From NCBI GenBank assembly GCA_963809895.1, contig CAWELD010000003.1:2848001-2912000 (forward strand): a stretch of DNA of 64,000 nucleotides, in the 5' to 3' direction. Positions 40,222 to 49,115 of this stretch are shown piece by piece (within the stretch, counting starts at the first letter, position 1; each line of letters starts with the position of its first letter). This DNA comes from an uncultured Gemmatimonadales bacterium. Its GTDB lineage: Bacteria > Gemmatimonadota > Gemmatimonadetes > Longimicrobiales > Gaopeijiaceae. The notes below the pieces were generated by a model. The model was not told the origin of the DNA and did no database searches. It saw nothing but the letters and a program-made list of their open reading frames with translations. The translations under genes and the position numbers were made by a program.

Positions 40222-41051
40222 CGCCGGGCCTGCAGCCGAGTGGGAGGGCTGTCCGCTCGGCGCTGCTTGGCGGCGGCGGCTTCCTCCACGAACGCGCGCC
40301 GGGCGCCGAGGCGAGTGAGGAGGTAGCGCCGGTAGCGGGCACGGGCCTCGTCGCCGGTGGTGAACGGATCCACCTCGGGTCGGTCCAGGAGGAGATCGTC
40401 GGGCACGGCCTGGAGCACGTCGGTGAGCAGCTCGGGGGTCAGGCGCGCGCTCATGCGACGGTCGGCGTCGCCGAGGTCTCCGGCGCGGGCCAGGAGCACG
40501 TGATCGCGGATCAGCGCGAAGGGCGTCGTGGTCCTCGCGTCGTCCACGCGGCTCCAGTCGTGGTGGGCGTACAGGGCGGCGCCGTGATCGATGAGCCAGG
40601 CACGCCGCTCCCAGACCAGCAGATTGGGGTTGCGGTGCGTGCGGTCGGGGTTGGTGACGTATGCATCGAACCACACCAGATCTGCCGCGAGCTCCGCCGA
40701 TACCAGCTCACCGGCCGCCATCTCGTCGTAGTTGAAGGCACCGTCGAGATAGCGCATGGCCACGTTGATTCCGTGGCTGGCCCGCAAAATGTCCTGGATC
40801 TCGGGATCGGGCTCCTGGCGCCCGAAGGCCGGCGCCACCTCGATGAGCGCCAGGTCGGGGACCGGGAGGCCGAGCTCCCGGGCGAGCAGTCCCACCACCA
40901 GCTCGGCGACGAGGGCCTTGGCACCCTGGCCCGCACCGCGGAACTTCGCGACGTAGAGGCCGTCGTCGGTGTCCACGACCGCCGGCAGCGATCCGCCCTC
41001 CCGAAGAGGCTGCACGTACCGGGTGGCCCGGTGCTTCGCCAGCTCGATCAT
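40218..41051 (-). CDS. HipA-like kinase
   Basis: LREGGSLP P-loop, VAKFRGAGQG, NPDRTHRNPN and LIDHG. Confidence 0.85.
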   Translation of the reverse strand: MIELAKHRATRYVQPLREGGSLPAVVDTDDGLYVAKFRGAGQGAKALVAELVVGLLARELGLPVPDLALIEVAPAFGRQEPDPEIQDILRASHGINVAMRYLDGAFNYDEMAAGELVSAELAADLVWFDAYVTNPDRTHRNPNLLVWERRAWLIDHGAALYAHHDWSRVDDARTTTPFALIRDHVLLARAGDLGDADRRMSARLTPELLTDVLQAVPDDLLLDRPEVDPFTTGDEARARYRRYLLTRLGARRAFVEEAAAAKQRRADSPPTRLQARR

Positions 41052-41163
41052 GACGTACAGCTTACCGGGCCGGAGCGGACCGCGGGAGGGGCGGTCACGG
41101 TTGCGCACGGGAAGAGCGGTCCTCTATCGTCGATGTGAGGCCCTCCCCCAATCCCCCGGCGCC

Positions 41164-41721
41164 ATGTCCGGACCTCCGGATGTCACCCAGCTGCTGGCCG
41201 CCATTCGCGGCGGGGACCGGAGCTCGTTCGAGCCCCTCTTCCGGCTGGTCTACGAGGAGCTGTATCGGCGGGCCCATTTTCAGCGGCGAGACGGCCCCGC
41301 CACCCCCACGCTCAACACGACGGCGCTGGTCCACGAAGCCTATCTGAAGCTCGCAGGCGCCGGAAACCCGGACTGGGAGGATCGGCGACACTTCTTTCGC
41401 GTGGCCGCACGGGCCATGCGTCAGATTCTCGTGGACGCCGCCCGCCGGCGTGCCGCCGGGAAGCGGGGTGGGGGCGGACCCGTGCTGGATCTCGACGCCG
41501 CCGAGATCGGCGCCGATACGCAGGCCGACGAGATCCTGGCCCTCGAAGAGGCGCTCTCACGTCTGGAGGGCATGAATCCCCGTCTCGCGCGCGTGGTCGA
41601 GTTGCGGTTCTTCGCGGGCCTCACGGTGGAAGAGACCGCGGAGGCCATGGAGACGTCGGAGCGCACGGTGAAGCGCGATTGGCGATTGGCCCGGGCCTTT
41701 CTCCATCAGGCCCTCACATGA
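41164..41721 (+). CDS. ECF sigma factor, ECF43/TIGR02999 type (kinase-associated)
   Basis: DVTQLL, TLNTTALVHEAYLKL, AARAMRQILVDAARR and TVKRDWRLARAFL. Confidence 0.9.
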   Translation: MSGPPDVTQLLAAIRGGDRSSFEPLFRLVYEELYRRAHFQRRDGPATPTLNTTALVHEAYLKLAGAGNPDWEDRRHFFRVAARAMRQILVDAARRRAAGKRGGGGPVLDLDAAEIGADTQADEILALEEALSRLEGMNPRLARVVELRFFAGLTVEETAEAMETSERTVKRDWRLARAFLHQALT

Positions 41722-44600
41722 CCGACCGACCCCTGGACTCCGCCACCTGGTCGAGGATCGAGGCCATCTTCCAGGAGGCGCTGGATCGTCCGGCCGACCA
41801 GCGCGACGCGTTCGTGCGTGTGGCCTGCGCGGGCGAAGGAGGGCTCGTAGAACGGGTCGAGGCGCTCCTGGCCGCGGACCGCGCGGGGCCGGGGCTCCTG
41901 GACACCTCTCCGCTGGAGGCCGCGGGCCTGCTCCTGGCCGGCGCCCCGTCGACGGGTGATCTTCCAGCCACCGTCCCGCTACCCCCCGATACACGGGTCG
42001 GCCCCTTCCGCGTCCTGGACGTGCTGGGACGGGGTGGGATGGGCACCGTCTACCGTGCCGAGCGCGCCGACGGGGCCTACCAGCAGCAGGTGGCGCTCAA
42101 GGTCGTGAGCGGAGGTCCGCTGGCCGGGGACCTCGAGCGGCGCTTCCTCCGGGAGCGGCAGATCCTGGCGCGCCTACAACACCCTGGGATCTCCCGGCTC
42201 CTGGACGGGGGCCTCACCGACGAGGGCCACCCCTATCTCGCCATGGAGTTGGTGGAAGGCCGACCCCTCCTGGAATGGGCGGAGGCCACGGATGCCGATC
42301 TGGAAGCCCGCATCCGGCTCATGTTGGAAATCTGCGACGCGGTGCAGTACGCCCACCGGAACCTGGTGGTCCACCGCGACCTGAAGCCCTCCAACGTGCT
42401 CGTGGATGCCGGCGGCCGGCCCCACCTGCTGGACTTCGGAATCGCCCATCTGCTGGAAGCGGACGCCGGGGATCCCGACGATGCGGCGACTCGCACGGGG
42501 ATGCTCCTGCTCACGCCGCAGTACGCCGCTCCGGAACAACTCCGCGGCGGAACCGCCACCACGGCGACCGACGTCTACTCGCTGGGGGCGGTCCTCTACG
42601 AGTTGCTGGCGCGGCGCCGGCCCTTCGAGGGCGATCTCGGGTCCTGGGAGCAGATGCTGCAATCGACCCGCGAGGATCCACCCATCATGAGCCGCGCGGT
42701 GCCCGCCGACGAGGTTCACCTCCGGCGGTCGCTCCGGGGGGATCTGGATACGATCGTGGCCAAGGCGCTCCGACGGCAGCCGGAGCGGCGCTATCCGTCG
42801 GTCGAGGCCCTCGCCGACGATCTAGAACGGTATCTGGCGCAGCGCCCGGTGTCGGCACGGCCCGACACCCTGACCTACCGCCTCGGCCGCTACGTGCGCC
42901 GGCACAGAACCGGAGTGGCCGCCGCCCTGACCGTGGCCGTGGCCCTGGTAGCGGGCCTGGCGTCGACGGCCTGGCAGGCCCGGGCCACGCGCCTCGAGGC
43001 CAGGCGCACGCGCGAGGTGAGCGACTTCCTCTTCAGCCTCTTCGACGCCGCCGACCCCGAGCAGAATGCCGGCGTCATTCCCGACGCCCGCGAGCTCCTG
43101 GACCGAGGTGCCGCGCGCGTCCGGTCGCTCGGCACCGGCGCGGGCCCGGAGATCCGCGCGGACATCTTCACCACGCTGGGTCTCCTCTACCAGAAGCTCG
43201 GCCTGCTGGAGCGGGCGGACACGCTGCTGCGAGAGGCGGTCGAACTCGCCCAGAGCTCGCTGGGCGACGACGAGCGGACCGCGCGGGCGTTGGGCGCCCT
43301 GGGCACGGTGGCCATCGACGAAGGGCGCTACCAGGAGGCGGAGGACGTGCTGCGGCGGAGCCTCGAGCTTCGCGACCGGATCGGCTCTCCGGACACGCTC
43401 CGCGCCGAGGCGCTGGGGAACCTGGGAGTTCTGCAGAGCGTCGCGGGGCGCCTGGACAGCGCCGTGGCGCTCCATCGCCGCGCGCTGGCCATAGACCGTC
43501 GGGCATTGGGCCCCGCCGCTCCGCGGGTGGCCACGGACCTCAACAACCTGGGGCTCGCCCTGGACGGAGCCGGGAATCCCGAGGAAGCCGAGCCGTTGCT
43601 GCGCGACGCGCTGCGCATTCGCCTGGCCGCCTACGGGGAGCGCCACCCGCTGGTGGCCGCGAGCTACGCCAACCTGGCCGCGCCCGTGGGCAGTCTGGGC
43701 GACCTGGCCGGCGCCGAAGCACTCCACCGGAAGGCGCTGGCGATCCGCCGGGAAATCTACGGCAGCGAGCACCCGGACATCGCCCGCGCCCTGGACCAGA
43801 TCGCCCTGTACGCCGACCAGCAGGGGCGCTTCCACGAGGCAGACAGCCTCTATCGCGAAGCGTTGGCCATGAGGCGGCGGCTTCTCGGAGAGGACCATCC
43901 GGACGTGGCCGCAACGCTGAACAACCTCGCCACGCTTCGCTACCGCATGGGCGACTACGCCGGGGCCGCTGCTGCCCAGGTGGAAGTGGTGCGGCTGTGG
44001 AAGGAGAGCCTGGGGCCGGAACACGCGAACTACGCCACCGCCCTCAACAACCTGGGCGTCATGCGGATGAAGGCCGGCGATCCGGTCCAGGGAGAACGGG
44101 ACCTGGAAGAAGCCCTGGCCCTGCGAAGGCGGATCCGGGGCGAGATGCACGAAGACGTGGGCGCCAGTCTCCTCAACGTGGGGGACGCCCGGCGTGCCCG
44201 AGGGCGCCTTTCGGAGGCGGACTCCCTGTACAGGGCGGGGCTCGTCGTGCTCCGCGAATCCACGGTGCCGGGGCACTGGCGCCGTGCCGACGCCGAGGTG
44301 CGCCTGGGGCGCGTGTTGGTGGAGGAGGGGCGTCCCGGTGACGCGATCGACATCCTGCGTGACGGGCTGGACATCCGCGAGGCCACCTTCGTAGAGGACG
44401 ACCTGCGCATCGCCGAGGCCCGCCTGTGGCTGGGCGTTGCCCTGGCCCATGCGGGCAGCACCGCCGAGGCCCGGCCCCTCCTCTCGGAGGCTCGGGACAG
44501 CTACCTGGAGCAGAGGGGACCGGACGACGCCGACGCGCTGCGCGCGGCCGCGGAGCTGGCCCGACTCGGGGCCCCTGAGCGGCCCGCCGACGGGCGGTAG
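41718..44600 (+). CDS. Membrane Ser/Thr (Hanks) kinase with extracytoplasmic TPR repeats
   Basis: GRGGMG, VALK, HRDLKPSN, DFG and APE; one TM helix; repeated HPDVAATLNNLA-type TPRs. Confidence 0.95.
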   Translation: MTDRPLDSATWSRIEAIFQEALDRPADQRDAFVRVACAGEGGLVERVEALLAADRAGPGLLDTSPLEAAGLLLAGAPSTGDLPATVPLPPDTRVGPFRVLDVLGRGGMGTVYRAERADGAYQQQVALKVVSGGPLAGDLERRFLRERQILARLQHPGISRLLDGGLTDEGHPYLAMELVEGRPLLEWAEATDADLEARIRLMLEICDAVQYAHRNLVVHRDLKPSNVLVDAGGRPHLLDFGIAHLLEADAGDPDDAATRTGMLLLTPQYAAPEQLRGGTATTATDVYSLGAVLYELLARRRPFEGDLGSWEQMLQSTREDPPIMSRAVPADEVHLRRSLRGDLDTIVAKALRRQPERRYPSVEALADDLERYLAQRPVSARPDTLTYRLGRYVRRHRTGVAAALTVAVALVAGLASTAWQARATRLEARRTREVSDFLFSLFDAADPEQNAGVIPDARELLDRGAARVRSLGTGAGPEIRADIFTTLGLLYQKLGLLERADTLLREAVELAQSSLGDDERTARALGALGTVAIDEGRYQEAEDVLRRSLELRDRIGSPDTLRAEALGNLGVLQSVAGRLDSAVALHRRALAIDRRALGPAAPRVATDLNNLGLALDGAGNPEEAEPLLRDALRIRLAAYGERHPLVAASYANLAAPVGSLGDLAGAEALHRKALAIRREIYGSEHPDIARALDQIALYADQQGRFHEADSLYREALAMRRRLLGEDHPDVAATLNNLATLRYRMGDYAGAAAAQVEVVRLWKESLGPEHANYATALNNLGVMRMKAGDPVQGERDLEEALALRRRIRGEMHEDVGASLLNVGDARRARGRLSEADSLYRAGLVVLRESTVPGHWRRADAEVRLGRVLVEEGRPGDAIDILRDGLDIREATFVEDDLRIAEARLWLGVALAHAGSTAEARPLLSEARDSYLEQRGPDDADALRAAAELARLGAPERPADGR

Positions 44601-44622
44601 TCCGGACCTGGTGCCACCGGCC

Positions 44623-45213
44623 TCACCGCAACCGGGACATGACGATCCCGGCCAGCGTCGCCACGGCCTCCCGCGTCGGTCCGTTCAGGAGCACCACCAC
44701 GGCGTCCTGGGCGTCCTTCTCGACCGTGGCGGTCCAGCCACCTTCGCCGGCATCACGCAACGCGGCGGCATGGCCGTCCAGCGACAGCGCACTCCAGCGT
44801 CCGCCCTCGACGAGGCTCGCCATGTCCGGGTCGGCGTCGTCCAGGTCCTCGTTCAGGCGCGCGGCGAGGGCGGCGGAGGTCGTGGGCGGGCCCCACGAGC
44901 CGCTCTGTCGGACGGTGAGGTTCACCGCATTGGGCCATCCACCGTCATAGATGCAGATCGTCACCAGGCTCCTGGGCACGCCCTCGGGGGCGTAGCCACC
45001 GTCCGCTTCCCGCCGCGTGGGCTCGGCCACCGGGACGCCGATGGCGTCTCCCACCTCGGCCGGCGTGAGGAGGGAGCACGCGTCGATGCGCGTGAGCGAT
45101 TCGGCCACCCGGCTCCCCCCTTCGGAGTCTCCGCCCCCCCCGCAGGCCAGGGTGAAGATCGGCGCGCAGAGGGCGACGCTGACGAGCGTGGGTGCGCGTG
45201 AGAACGATCGCAT
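44623..45213 (-). CDS. Hypothetical lipoprotein (DACxLLT...CxY, DUF3558-like)
   Basis: Lipobox TLAC; DACSLLTPAEV...TICIY. Confidence 0.7.
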   Translation of the reverse strand: MRSFSRAPTLVSVALCAPIFTLACGGGGDSEGGSRVAESLTRIDACSLLTPAEVGDAIGVPVAEPTRREADGGYAPEGVPRSLVTICIYDGGWPNAVNLTVRQSGSWGPPTTSAALAARLNEDLDDADPDMASLVEGGRWSALSLDGHAAALRDAGEGGWTATVEKDAQDAVVVLLNGPTREAVATLAGIVMSRLR

Positions 45214-45255
45214 GGAATCTCTCCGTTCGTTGACGTTGGACAACGTAGCACCAGC

Positions 45256-45909
45256 TCAGTCCGATCGGCGGTACCGGTCGGCCATGAACTGGTAGTAGAT
45301 GAAACCGTATCGGTCGAACCAGGCATCCTCGCCGAAGATCTGCGCCTCGCAGGCGGCGATCCCCTTCAGCGCGGCTTCGAGCGTGCCCACCAACTCCGCG
45401 TACTTGTCGTCGTAGGCAGCCTGTACCCCCTTCTGGGACGTCTGGATCTTCGTGCGCTCGCGCATCCAGGCGAGGCCCGCAACAGGGTGGACGCCCGCAA
45501 TCGCGTCGCCGAAGGCGATGGCCTCCTTGATCATGTCCTGGCTCGAGGAGTAGATGCGCCTGAGCGCTTCGAACCGGAGGCGGACCCGCTGTAGATCGGC
45601 GTAGGGTTGCTCGAAACACGCCTGGCACTCGGCCGACCCCTTGCAGCGGGAGGGCAGTTGGGGCATTCCCGGCGGAGAGGGGTCGGGATCGTACCCCGCG
45701 TCCTTCGGAGAGAACGGATCCATCCAGTCGAAGATCTTCTTGCCGCCGTCGAAGGACTTCTTGATGGGATCGTAGGCCTTCTTGCTGTTGTCCCACATCT
45801 TCTTCAGGGCGGACCAATCGTCCAGTCCGGGCGCCAGCGAGGACTGGGCGGACGCCGGCAGGTGGAACAGGGCGCACAGGCCCGCCAGGAGGAGCACGCG
45901 ACGAATCAT
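45256..45909 (-). CDS. Hypothetical secreted alpha-helical protein
   Basis: Sec signal ending ASA-Q; coding-like codon usage; ATGA overlap with the upstream gene. Confidence 0.8.
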   Translation of the reverse strand: MIRRVLLLAGLCALFHLPASAQSSLAPGLDDWSALKKMWDNSKKAYDPIKKSFDGGKKIFDWMDPFSPKDAGYDPDPSPPGMPQLPSRCKGSAECQACFEQPYADLQRVRLRFEALRRIYSSSQDMIKEAIAFGDAIAGVHPVAGLAWMRERTKIQTSQKGVQAAYDDKYAELVGTLEAALKGIAACEAQIFGEDAWFDRYGFIYYQFMADRYRRSD

Positions 45910-46589
45910 GAGACGTTCCTCCGCACCAGGAGCACGGTAGCCAGGACCAGGAGGCCACCCGCCAGGAAAGCAGCGAGCACGACGAAGGGGACGGAGGCCC
46001 CTCGGCCCGACGCTCCCTCCGACGACGCCACGCCAGAGGCCGGCTCCAGCGACGCCCGGGTCGCGCGAAACTCCTCGGGCGTGAGGATCACGTCGTCGGC
46101 GAGGTCGGGGGTGACCTCGTCACCCACCCAGGCCACGAGTCCGAAGGCGACGGGGGTAGGTCCTGGACCCCGCACACGGATGTTCACCACACCCTCGGTC
46201 CGGAGCTCGAAGGTGACTGCGCCGTCGGGGCCCGTCGCCCCCGACCGAAGCGGGTCCGTCCATCCGTCGGCCATGAGATCCACGCGGACGTCGTCGCCGG
46301 CGGCGGACAGCACCGTGATGACCGTGGGCTGGAGAACGCTCAGGTTCCCGAGGCGTAGCTTGAGCCCCGCGCTGTCGACCTGCCCGTGACGGATGGCCAC
46401 CTCGCCCCCGGGCAACGCCGGATCCGGCCGGCGGTCCAGCACCGTGACGTCCGGTGCCGGGTCCGTGGGGTCGAAGGAGGGCACGTCTTCCCCCGCGGGG
46501 TCCTGGGCTCGGGCCTGCGGGGAAGCGACGCACAGCGCCATGGGGACGATCGCGCAGACGAGCCACCGCCGTCGTATGCTCTCCAGCAT
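45906..46589 (-). CDS. Hypothetical exported protein with C-terminal membrane anchor
   Basis: AGGAGG SD, signal peptide ending ARA-Q, beta-rich core, Ser/Gly linker, TM helix and RRN tail. Confidence 0.75.
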   Translation of the reverse strand: MLESIRRRWLVCAIVPMALCVASPQARAQDPAGEDVPSFDPTDPAPDVTVLDRRPDPALPGGEVAIRHGQVDSAGLKLRLGNLSVLQPTVITVLSAAGDDVRVDLMADGWTDPLRSGATGPDGAVTFELRTEGVVNIRVRGPGPTPVAFGLVAWVGDEVTPDLADDVILTPEEFRATRASLEPASGVASSEGASGRGASVPFVVLAAFLAGGLLVLATVLLVRRNVS

Positions 46590-46644
46590 GCGGTCCTCCT
46601 GTGGGGGTGCGGCGGGCGGCGGAGTTCCAACCGCCGTCATCACC

Positions 46645-46718
46645 CACCCAGACGGAACTCCGGGCGATGAGGGGACAGGGCACCCTGGCCCCCCGCCGTC
46701 GCACCCTGCGTCTGGATG
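46645..46718. promoter_or_regulatory. Mirror-image ECF-type promoters CCCTGKCCCC-N16-CGTCTGGRTG
   Basis: Minus strand: TGTCCCC (46677-46671), N16, CGTCTGG (46654-46648). Plus strand: TGGCCCC (46686-46692), N16, CGTCTGG (46709-46715). Confidence 0.7.
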
Positions 46719-46781
46719 ATCGGGACCGGCGGCACACGCCCCGAACCCCGAGGTCCCGCCTGCTACCTTCCGGAGGCCCCC

Positions 46782-48179
46782 ATGCCGCGACACACCACCC
46801 TCACCCTGATGCTCCTCGCCCAGGTCATCGCCTGCGGTGCATGCGGACGCGACGGCTCGGAGGCGCGAGCTTCGTCGGACGAGGTGCCTGCCGGCGCTCC
46901 GGGGGTGGCCGATCCGGTCGCGTCGCCGGCCCCCGCTGAAGCGTCTCCAGCACCCACCACCGGGACCGGGCTCGACGGACTCCTCGCCGGCCTCGATCAG
47001 CTCGCCGATGCAGTGTCCGGAGACGAGACGCCCCTGGAGCCGTGGCCACTGGAGCAGCCGCCGGCGGGCTGGGAAGAGGCGGCGCCTGACGCCATCCCCC
47101 TGACCGAGGGCCTCACCGTCGTGACGGCCGTCGCCGAACCCCGGGGCGACTACGAGTCCATGAAGCAGGTGCGCGAGGCCGACGAGTCGTCGGTGCTCAT
47201 CCACTACCGCACCCGGAGCGACGACCCGGCGCTGCCCCGGTTGGAGCAATGGCGGCGGGTGTCACGCGAAGACCTTCGTGAAGCCCGGGGCTATCGCATG
47301 ATCTTCGGCCAGGACGACGAGTCCTCGTATCCCGGCCAGACGGCTCTGGGCGTGTCCACCGCGGTGCTGGACGCGCTCAGGCGCGGGGATCAGCCGGAGT
47401 TCGAGTTGACGGGAGACGCCGATATGTTCGCGAGCCTGATGGGGGCCGCATTCGGCGGAGATCCCGTTCCCCTCCGCGGCCAGCTTCAGCGGGTGGAAGG
47501 CCCGCCGCAGGCCGTTCCCGTCCTCCTCAACGGCAGCCGGGTCTGGCTGCCCGCCATCCACGCCCGCGGCACCCTTCAGGGACTCCTGAGCCCGTTCCCG
47601 GTGGAGTTCTGGTTCCTGGACGATTCGAGCAATCCCCTCACACTCCGCGCCCATACGACGAGCATGCGCCTTCAAGCGGTCCGCATCGACCTGCCCGCGC
47701 CCGCGGCCGTGGCCACGGAGCTGGAGAGCGCGCTGGCCTCACGGGAGTCCGCCGAACTCTTCGGCGTCTACTTCGAGTTCGCCAGCGACGAGCTCCAGCC
47801 CGAATCGGACGCCGTGTTGGACGAGGTGGCAGCCCTCCTGGAGCGACATCCCGACTGGCGGCTGCGTGTGGAGGGCCACACCGACGACGTGGGCCGCCCG
47901 GAGGACAACCTGGATCTCTCCGAGCGTCGCGCCGCCGCAGTGGTGGCGGCCCTCGCAGCCCGTGTCCCGGCGGCCGTGGACCGGCTGGAAGCCCGGGGGT
48001 TCGGGGAGACCCGTCCCCGCGAGTCCAACGAGACCCTGGAAGGGCGGGCCCGCAATCGTCGGGTGGAGCTCGCGCGCGTCGGCGCGGACGCCCTCCCTGC
48101 CCCACTCCCGGATTCCGGGCGGGGACGTTCGTGGGACCGCACCCGCATCGCAGGCCTGGCAGCCCGGAGAAACCCATGA
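46782..48179 (+). CDS. OmpA-family (peptidoglycan-binding) lipoprotein with large N-terminal domain
   Basis: GGAGG SD, Cys-ending signal; C-terminal VYFEFAS...VEGHTDDVG...LSERRA...RARNRRVEL. Confidence 0.88.
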   Translation: MPRHTTLTLMLLAQVIACGACGRDGSEARASSDEVPAGAPGVADPVASPAPAEASPAPTTGTGLDGLLAGLDQLADAVSGDETPLEPWPLEQPPAGWEEAAPDAIPLTEGLTVVTAVAEPRGDYESMKQVREADESSVLIHYRTRSDDPALPRLEQWRRVSREDLREARGYRMIFGQDDESSYPGQTALGVSTAVLDALRRGDQPEFELTGDADMFASLMGAAFGGDPVPLRGQLQRVEGPPQAVPVLLNGSRVWLPAIHARGTLQGLLSPFPVEFWFLDDSSNPLTLRAHTTSMRLQAVRIDLPAPAAVATELESALASRESAELFGVYFEFASDELQPESDAVLDEVAALLERHPDWRLRVEGHTDDVGRPEDNLDLSERRAAAVVAALAARVPAAVDRLEARGFGETRPRESNETLEGRARNRRVELARVGADALPAPLPDSGRGRSWDRTRIAGLAARRNP

Positions 48180-48760
48180 GCACCTTGTCGCCGATCCGCA
48201 CCGCCACCGCCCTCGCCGTCCTCGTCCTCGTCGCCGCCTGTGGACGGAGCCCGGACGCCGATCGCCCAGGCCAGGCACCGGAGACCGAGCCAGACGCGGC
48301 CGATGTGGCTCCGTCCGGCAGGGCCGCGGCCCCACGCGATGCATGCGAGCTCATGACCTCCCGAGAGGTCGCCGCGTTCTACGGGGGCGACGTGGAGGTG
48401 GTGGGCGTGCCCGATGCCGGCGCCACGTGGAGCTCCTGCCACTACACGACGCCGGAAGACGACTTTCCCTTCATGGAGCTCACCGTCTATTGGGAGAACG
48501 GCAGGGAAGAGTGGCGGAGCTGGCAGGCGGCCAACGGCGTGGCACCCTCGGTCATGGCGACGCCGGGCGTGAACGTCGATTCCATCATCCGGCCCGGTCC
48601 GGTGGCTGGGCTCGGCGACGCCGCCTACTACAGCTCCATGCTCCCGTCGCTCATCCTGGTGGGAGATCGCCTGCTCGAGATCGCCATCCCCCTGATGCCC
48701 GACGCGGAGATGCACTTCAGGACGATCGGCGAGACGCTCCTCTCCCGGTTGGATCGATAG
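48176..48760 (+). CDS. Hypothetical lipoprotein (DACxLMT...CxY, DUF3558-like)
   Basis: Lipobox LVAAC; DACELMTSREV...SSCHY...VAGLGDAAYY; ATGA overlap with the OmpA gene. Confidence 0.75.
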   Translation: MSTLSPIRTATALAVLVLVAACGRSPDADRPGQAPETEPDAADVAPSGRAAAPRDACELMTSREVAAFYGGDVEVVGVPDAGATWSSCHYTTPEDDFPFMELTVYWENGREEWRSWQAANGVAPSVMATPGVNVDSIIRPGPVAGLGDAAYYSSMLPSLILVGDRLLEIAIPLMPDAEMHFRTIGETLLSRLDR

Positions 48761-48794
48761 CGGTGAAAGACCCCGTGCCCAGGCCGGTCGGTGC

Positions 48795-49115
48795 CTATTC
48801 GCAGCAGGGCCCTTCGCGCCATCCGGCCTCCGCCGGCGGAGCCTCACCCGTGGCGTCGCCCATTTCCTCGAGGACTTCGGGCTCGAGGGAGTAGTGCACC
48901 CACCGACCCTGGCGGCGGTCGCGCACGATACCGGCGTCCTTGAGCTTCTTCAGATGGAAGGAAAGTCGCGACTGGGGGGCGCCGAGCTGCTCTTGAAGCT
49001 CACAGACACAGCGCTCGCCACCGGTGAGCAGGCGCACGATCTCGATGCGCGTCAGGTCGGCCACAGCCTGGAATCCTCGCACCAGGGCGGAATCGGGGAG
49101 GGCCGTTCTGGACAT
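48795..49115 (-). CDS. ArsR/SmtB-family metalloregulator
   Basis: FQAVADLTRIEIVRLL..ERCVCEL...QSRLSFHLKKLKDAG...GRWVHYSL; ends in CCE. Confidence 0.92.
   Translation of the reverse strand: MSRTALPDSALVRGFQAVADLTRIEIVRLLTGGERCVCELQEQLGAPQSRLSFHLKKLKDAGIVRDRRQGRWVHYSLEPEVLEEMGDATGEAPPAEAGWREGPCCE

Noticed and set aside
40218..41051. Canonical hipBA toxin-antitoxin locus
   Set aside because: No HipB-like HTH gene, and the kinase is the short HipA-like type paired with DUF3037.
46782..48179. Type VI secretion component (TssL/TagL-like OmpA)
   Set aside because: No tss, hcp or vgrG genes in the window, and no DotU-like TM architecture.
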